Shown here: positions 61,379 to 64,000 of the stretch, one piece after another
Position numbering within the stretch: position 1 is the first letter of the stretch
How the letters are laid out: every line of letters begins with the position of its first letter
Source of the DNA: Microcoleus sp.
GTDB lineage: Bacteria > Cyanobacteriota > Cyanobacteriia > Cyanobacteriales > Microcoleaceae
NCBI GenBank assembly: GCA_052279835.1
Contig: CP181291.1
Span: 1,728,001 to 1,792,000, forward strand
Length of the DNA stretch: 64,000 bases
Direction of reading: 5' to 3'
Translations under genes and position numbers: made by a program
Notes under the pieces: generated by a model
Database searches by the model: none
Told to the model about the DNA's origin: nothing
What the model saw: the letters and a program-made list of their open reading frames with translations, nothing else

Positions 61379-61463
61379 TGGGGGTGGAGGGACTTGAACC
61401 CACACGACCGTTTCGGGTCAACGGATTTTAAGTCCGTAGCGTCTACCATTCCGCCACACCCCC
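61379..61463 (-). tRNA. trnL-UAA: tRNA-Leu(UAA), intron-less
   Basis: GGGGGTGTGGCGGAATGGTAGACGCT-ACGGA-CTTAAAA-TCCGT, long variable arm, GGTTCAAGTCC, ends CCACCCCCA. Confidence 0.96.
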
Positions 61464-61673
61464 TGATTTAAGTTACTGTAGCAGGATTATGCCCCCACAG
61501 ACAACCACAGCTTTATACAATACAACCAAAACCCTATTTTACGCAACCCCTAATCGAAAATTTCTCAAAAACCGCGCTGCATCCCCCTAAGCGGTACAAT
61601 AATCAATCAGTGTGTCCTAGGCGATCGCGCCTATCCCACCTACCGCCTGTAATTATTCCCCTAAAGCAAATCT

Positions 61674-61889
61674 ATGTATATTACCCTACTGCTGTACGCC
61701 GTCTTGGCGGGAGCTTATCTCCTGGTAGTACCCGCAGCTACCTACGCCTATCTCAACAGCCGCTGGTACATTGCTACTTCTTTGGAACGGGCGTTCATGT
61801 ACTTCTTGATGTTCTTCTTTTTCCCAGGTATGTTTCTCCTAGCTCCATTTTTAAATTTTCGCCCCAAACGGCGGCAGATAGAAGCCTAA
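61674..61889 (+). CDS. ndhL: NAD(P)H-quinone oxidoreductase subunit L
   Basis: RWY...ER.FMYFL.FFFFPG...APFLNFRP. Confidence 0.93.
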   Translation: MYITLLLYAVLAGAYLLVVPAATYAYLNSRWYIATSLERAFMYFLMFFFFPGMFLLAPFLNFRPKRRQIEA

Positions 61890-62195
61890 ATGCGACGTAT
61901 AGACGTAATTGGAATCACACTCGGTGTCTTTGTGGCTGGTGGGTTAGCCTACTTGTTGCTGCAATTGGCGGGACTCGACAGCACCAACGCTGGTATCTGG
62001 AGTCAATTATTTTTGGTGGCCGGCTTAATTGGATGGCTGGCTACCTATCTATTTCGAGCTGTTACTCAAGGTATGACCTACAGTCAGCAACTGAAGGACT
62101 ACAAAGAAGCAGTATTGCAGAAGCAGCTTGATGCACTGACTCCCGAAGAATTGGCAAAAATTCAAGCCGAAATTGAACAGGAAAAAAATAATTAG
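61890..62195 (+). CDS. DUF3007 family membrane protein
   Basis: MRRIDVI, AGIWSQ, MTYSQQLKDY; position between ndhL and trpA. Confidence 0.85.
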   Translation: MRRIDVIGITLGVFVAGGLAYLLLQLAGLDSTNAGIWSQLFLVAGLIGWLATYLFRAVTQGMTYSQQLKDYKEAVLQKQLDALTPEELAKIQAEIEQEKNN

Positions 62196-62329
62196 TTATT
62201 TGTTATTCGTTATTGGTTATTAGTAGTTAGTGGTTATTGATTTTTTTATTTCTGGTCATTGGTTCCCATTCCCATTGCCAATTATAACCACCGCCAAGGC
62301 TCTTGATGCGATTTCCTAATTGCTCCCTA

Positions 62330-62412
62330 TTCACAAATAACCAATAACTAATAACTAATGACCACTGACTAATAACTAATGACCACTGACTAATAACAAA
62401 TAACTAATGACT
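62330..62412. repeat. Heptamer tandem repeat (ACTAATA/ACTAATG/ACCACTG)
   Basis: Tandem 7-mers running into the trpA start; a complementary-type tract lies at 62193-62240. Confidence 0.75.
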
Positions 62413-63204
62413 ATTTCTAATTGCTTTGAAAACCTGCGCCCAAAAAATCAGTGCGCTTTAATCCCTTTCATTACTGCTGGCGACCCCGACTTGGAGACAA
62501 CCGCTAAAGCACTGCAAGTTTTGGATGACAACGGTGCTGATGCGATCGAACTTGGTGTTCCCTATTCCGACCCCCTGGCTGACGGGCCAGTCATTCAAGC
62601 TGCTGCTACCAGGGCTTTGCAGCACGGAACTCGCTTAGATGACGTGCTGGAAATGGTCGCCAAAGTTAGCCCTAATTTGCGATCGCCCATTATTCTGTTC
62701 ACCTACTATAACCCGATTTTGTATCGAGGTGTAGAAACTTTCTTGCAGCAAATCAAAAGTGCCGGAGTCCAGGGATTAGTAGTACCAGATTTGCCCTTAG
62801 AAGAAGCCGAAACCCTAATTCAACCAGCCAACAAATTAGGCATTGAACTCACATTATTAGTTGCTCCCACAAGTCCCAAAAGCCGCATAGAAGCTATTGC
62901 TAAACAGTCTCAAGGATTTATTTACTTAGTCAGCGTCACCGGCGTTACAGGAGTGCGGGATGGATTAGAAAAGCGAGCAAAAGAGTTACTGCAAGAACTG
63001 CGCAGCGTCACCGAAAAACCCATCGGCATCGGTTTTGGGATTTCGACACCGGAACACGCTCGTCAAGTGAAAGAATGGGGCGCAGATGCTGCCATTGTGG
63101 GCAGTGCTTTTGTCAAACGTTTAGCTGATGGCACTCCAGAACAGGGTTTAGAATCTATCGCCCAATTCTGCAAGAGTCTCAAAGCAGCAATTCAAAATAC
63201 TTAG
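62407..63204 (+). CDS. trpA: Tryptophan synthase alpha chain
   Basis: [35 protein letters not shown]. Confidence 0.97.
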   Translation: MTISNCFENLRPKNQCALIPFITAGDPDLETTAKALQVLDDNGADAIELGVPYSDPLADGPVIQAAATRALQHGTRLDDVLEMVAKVSPNLRSPIILFTYYNPILYRGVETFLQQIKSAGVQGLVVPDLPLEEAETLIQPANKLGIELTLLVAPTSPKSRIEAIAKQSQGFIYLVSVTGVTGVRDGLEKRAKELLQELRSVTEKPIGIGFGISTPEHARQVKEWGADAAIVGSAFVKRLADGTPEQGLESIAQFCKSLKAAIQNT

Positions 63205-63306
63205 CCACCTTGCCGATAATTTCTATCATTAGATAGATGCCGGAGTGCGATCTAGCTTGCCATAATTGCTCCTAAAGACATTGTTGTACTTGAGATAAAA
63301 GGTTTT

Positions 63307-63343
63307 CTTCCTTTAGGTTTCCGACCTGAAGGAAGGTTTTTTT
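63307..63343 (+). terminator. Intrinsic terminator after trpA
   Basis: CTTCCTTTAGGT-loop-ACCTGAAGGAAG followed by a T tract. Confidence 0.65.
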
Positions 63344-63510
63344 GAGATAACAAAGCGCGTAGTAATATCAATTCCGGTTGTATCGGAATGATTTAACCGC
63401 GAAGGCGCGAAGTACGCGAAGCAAGAGAAGAGAGAGTTTAATACAGGACGATGAAGAGAGGATTTTATATAAGTAGCTCATTTAATAAACGCAAATTTCA
63501 AAAAATCGAG

Positions 63511-64000
63511 GTGAATACACCTCAGAAATTAGGATGGGCGATCGCACTTTTGGGCGGTATTGTGATGGGATTGACAACCGCACCAGTAAATGCTTGGCTT
63601 TTGGCTTGGTTCGCCTTAGTTCCCCTCTGGGTTTTGGTTGTAGATTACCAACAGCCAAAACAAGAAGTAAACAAACAAAAATTCTTTTTTATTCCCTCTT
63701 CCTTGTTCCTTCTTCCTTTACTCTGGGGAATTGGCTATCACGGATTAGCTTTGTCTTGGATTATGGGAATTCACCCGATGACTTGGTTGGGGGTTCCGTG
63801 GTGGCCTAGTTTGGCGATCGCACTTTTTTGTTGGGCATTCATCACTCTCTGGGGAGCCGCCTTAGTTACTGTTTGGACATGGCTATTTGTAACTTTCAAC
63901 TCTCTGTCTCTACCCGGAAAAATTACTATTCTTAACTCCCCCCCTTTACAAGGGGGGGCTGGGGAGGGTAACTCCAAATTTTCAGCATTAATTCGCGTTT
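63511..64000 (+). CDS. lnt: Apolipoprotein N-acyltransferase, 5' part (runs off the window end)
   Basis: GTG at 63511, open to the end: LAWFALVPLW, WGIGYHGLALSWIMGIHPMTWLGVPW. Confidence 0.8.
   Translation, partial: MNTPQKLGWAIALLGGIVMGLTTAPVNAWLLAWFALVPLWVLVVDYQQPKQEVNKQKFFFIPSSLFLLPLLWGIGYHGLALSWIMGIHPMTWLGVPWWPSLAIALFCWAFITLWGAALVTVWTWLFVTFNSLSLPGKITILNSPPLQGGAGEGNSKFSALIRV

Larger units (their letters stand above)
53204..61398. mobile_element. Integrative element at tRNA-Leu(UAA)
   Basis: 21-bp direct repeat ATGGGGGTGGAGGGACTTGAA at 53204-53224 and 61378-61398; integrase at the left end; replicase; only two HIP1 octamers seen in 8.2 kb. Confidence 0.92.

Noticed and set aside
61610..62131. 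173-aa ORF spanning ndhL and the DUF3007 gene
   Set aside because: Out-of-frame shadow of two well-recognised genes.
63534..63809. 91-aa ORF from the track
   Set aside because: Wrong frame; the Lnt-like frame starts at 63511 and is open to the window end.

Overview
Chromosomal window from a filamentous cyanobacterium (Oscillatoriales/Microcoleus-like, inferred from dense HIP1 GCGATCGC octamers, heptamer tandem repeats and the genes petL, ndhL, cpcT, sqdB and sqdX). Most of it is housekeeping (purL, hemE, folP, aroB, gpmI, secG, thiL, trpA, lnt, a CyaB-type adenylate cyclase, a ComA-like nuclease). Four things stand out. (1) An ~8.2 kb integrative element (53204-61398) sits at the 3' end of an intron-less tRNA-Leu(UAA). 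It has 21-bp att repeats, a tyrosine integrase, four small membrane/coiled-coil genes, a non-coding array of covarying hairpins, a Zn-finger/Toprim/DUF3987-like replicase with intragenic iterons, and a terminal gene pair joined by a candidate programmed -1 frameshift (G GGA AAA plus an 11-bp stem). (2) tRNA-Arg(CCU) is interrupted by a 251-nt group I intron. (3) A tightly coupled three-gene operon (winged-helix protein, P-loop ATPase, DUF1802-like/PD-(D/E)xK nuclease) is a candidate defence system. (4) A C-tract/G-tract repeat family forms intergenic tandem arrays and is also inserted in frame in purL, thiL and lnt. Domain names come from motif recognition by eye; no database searches were run.
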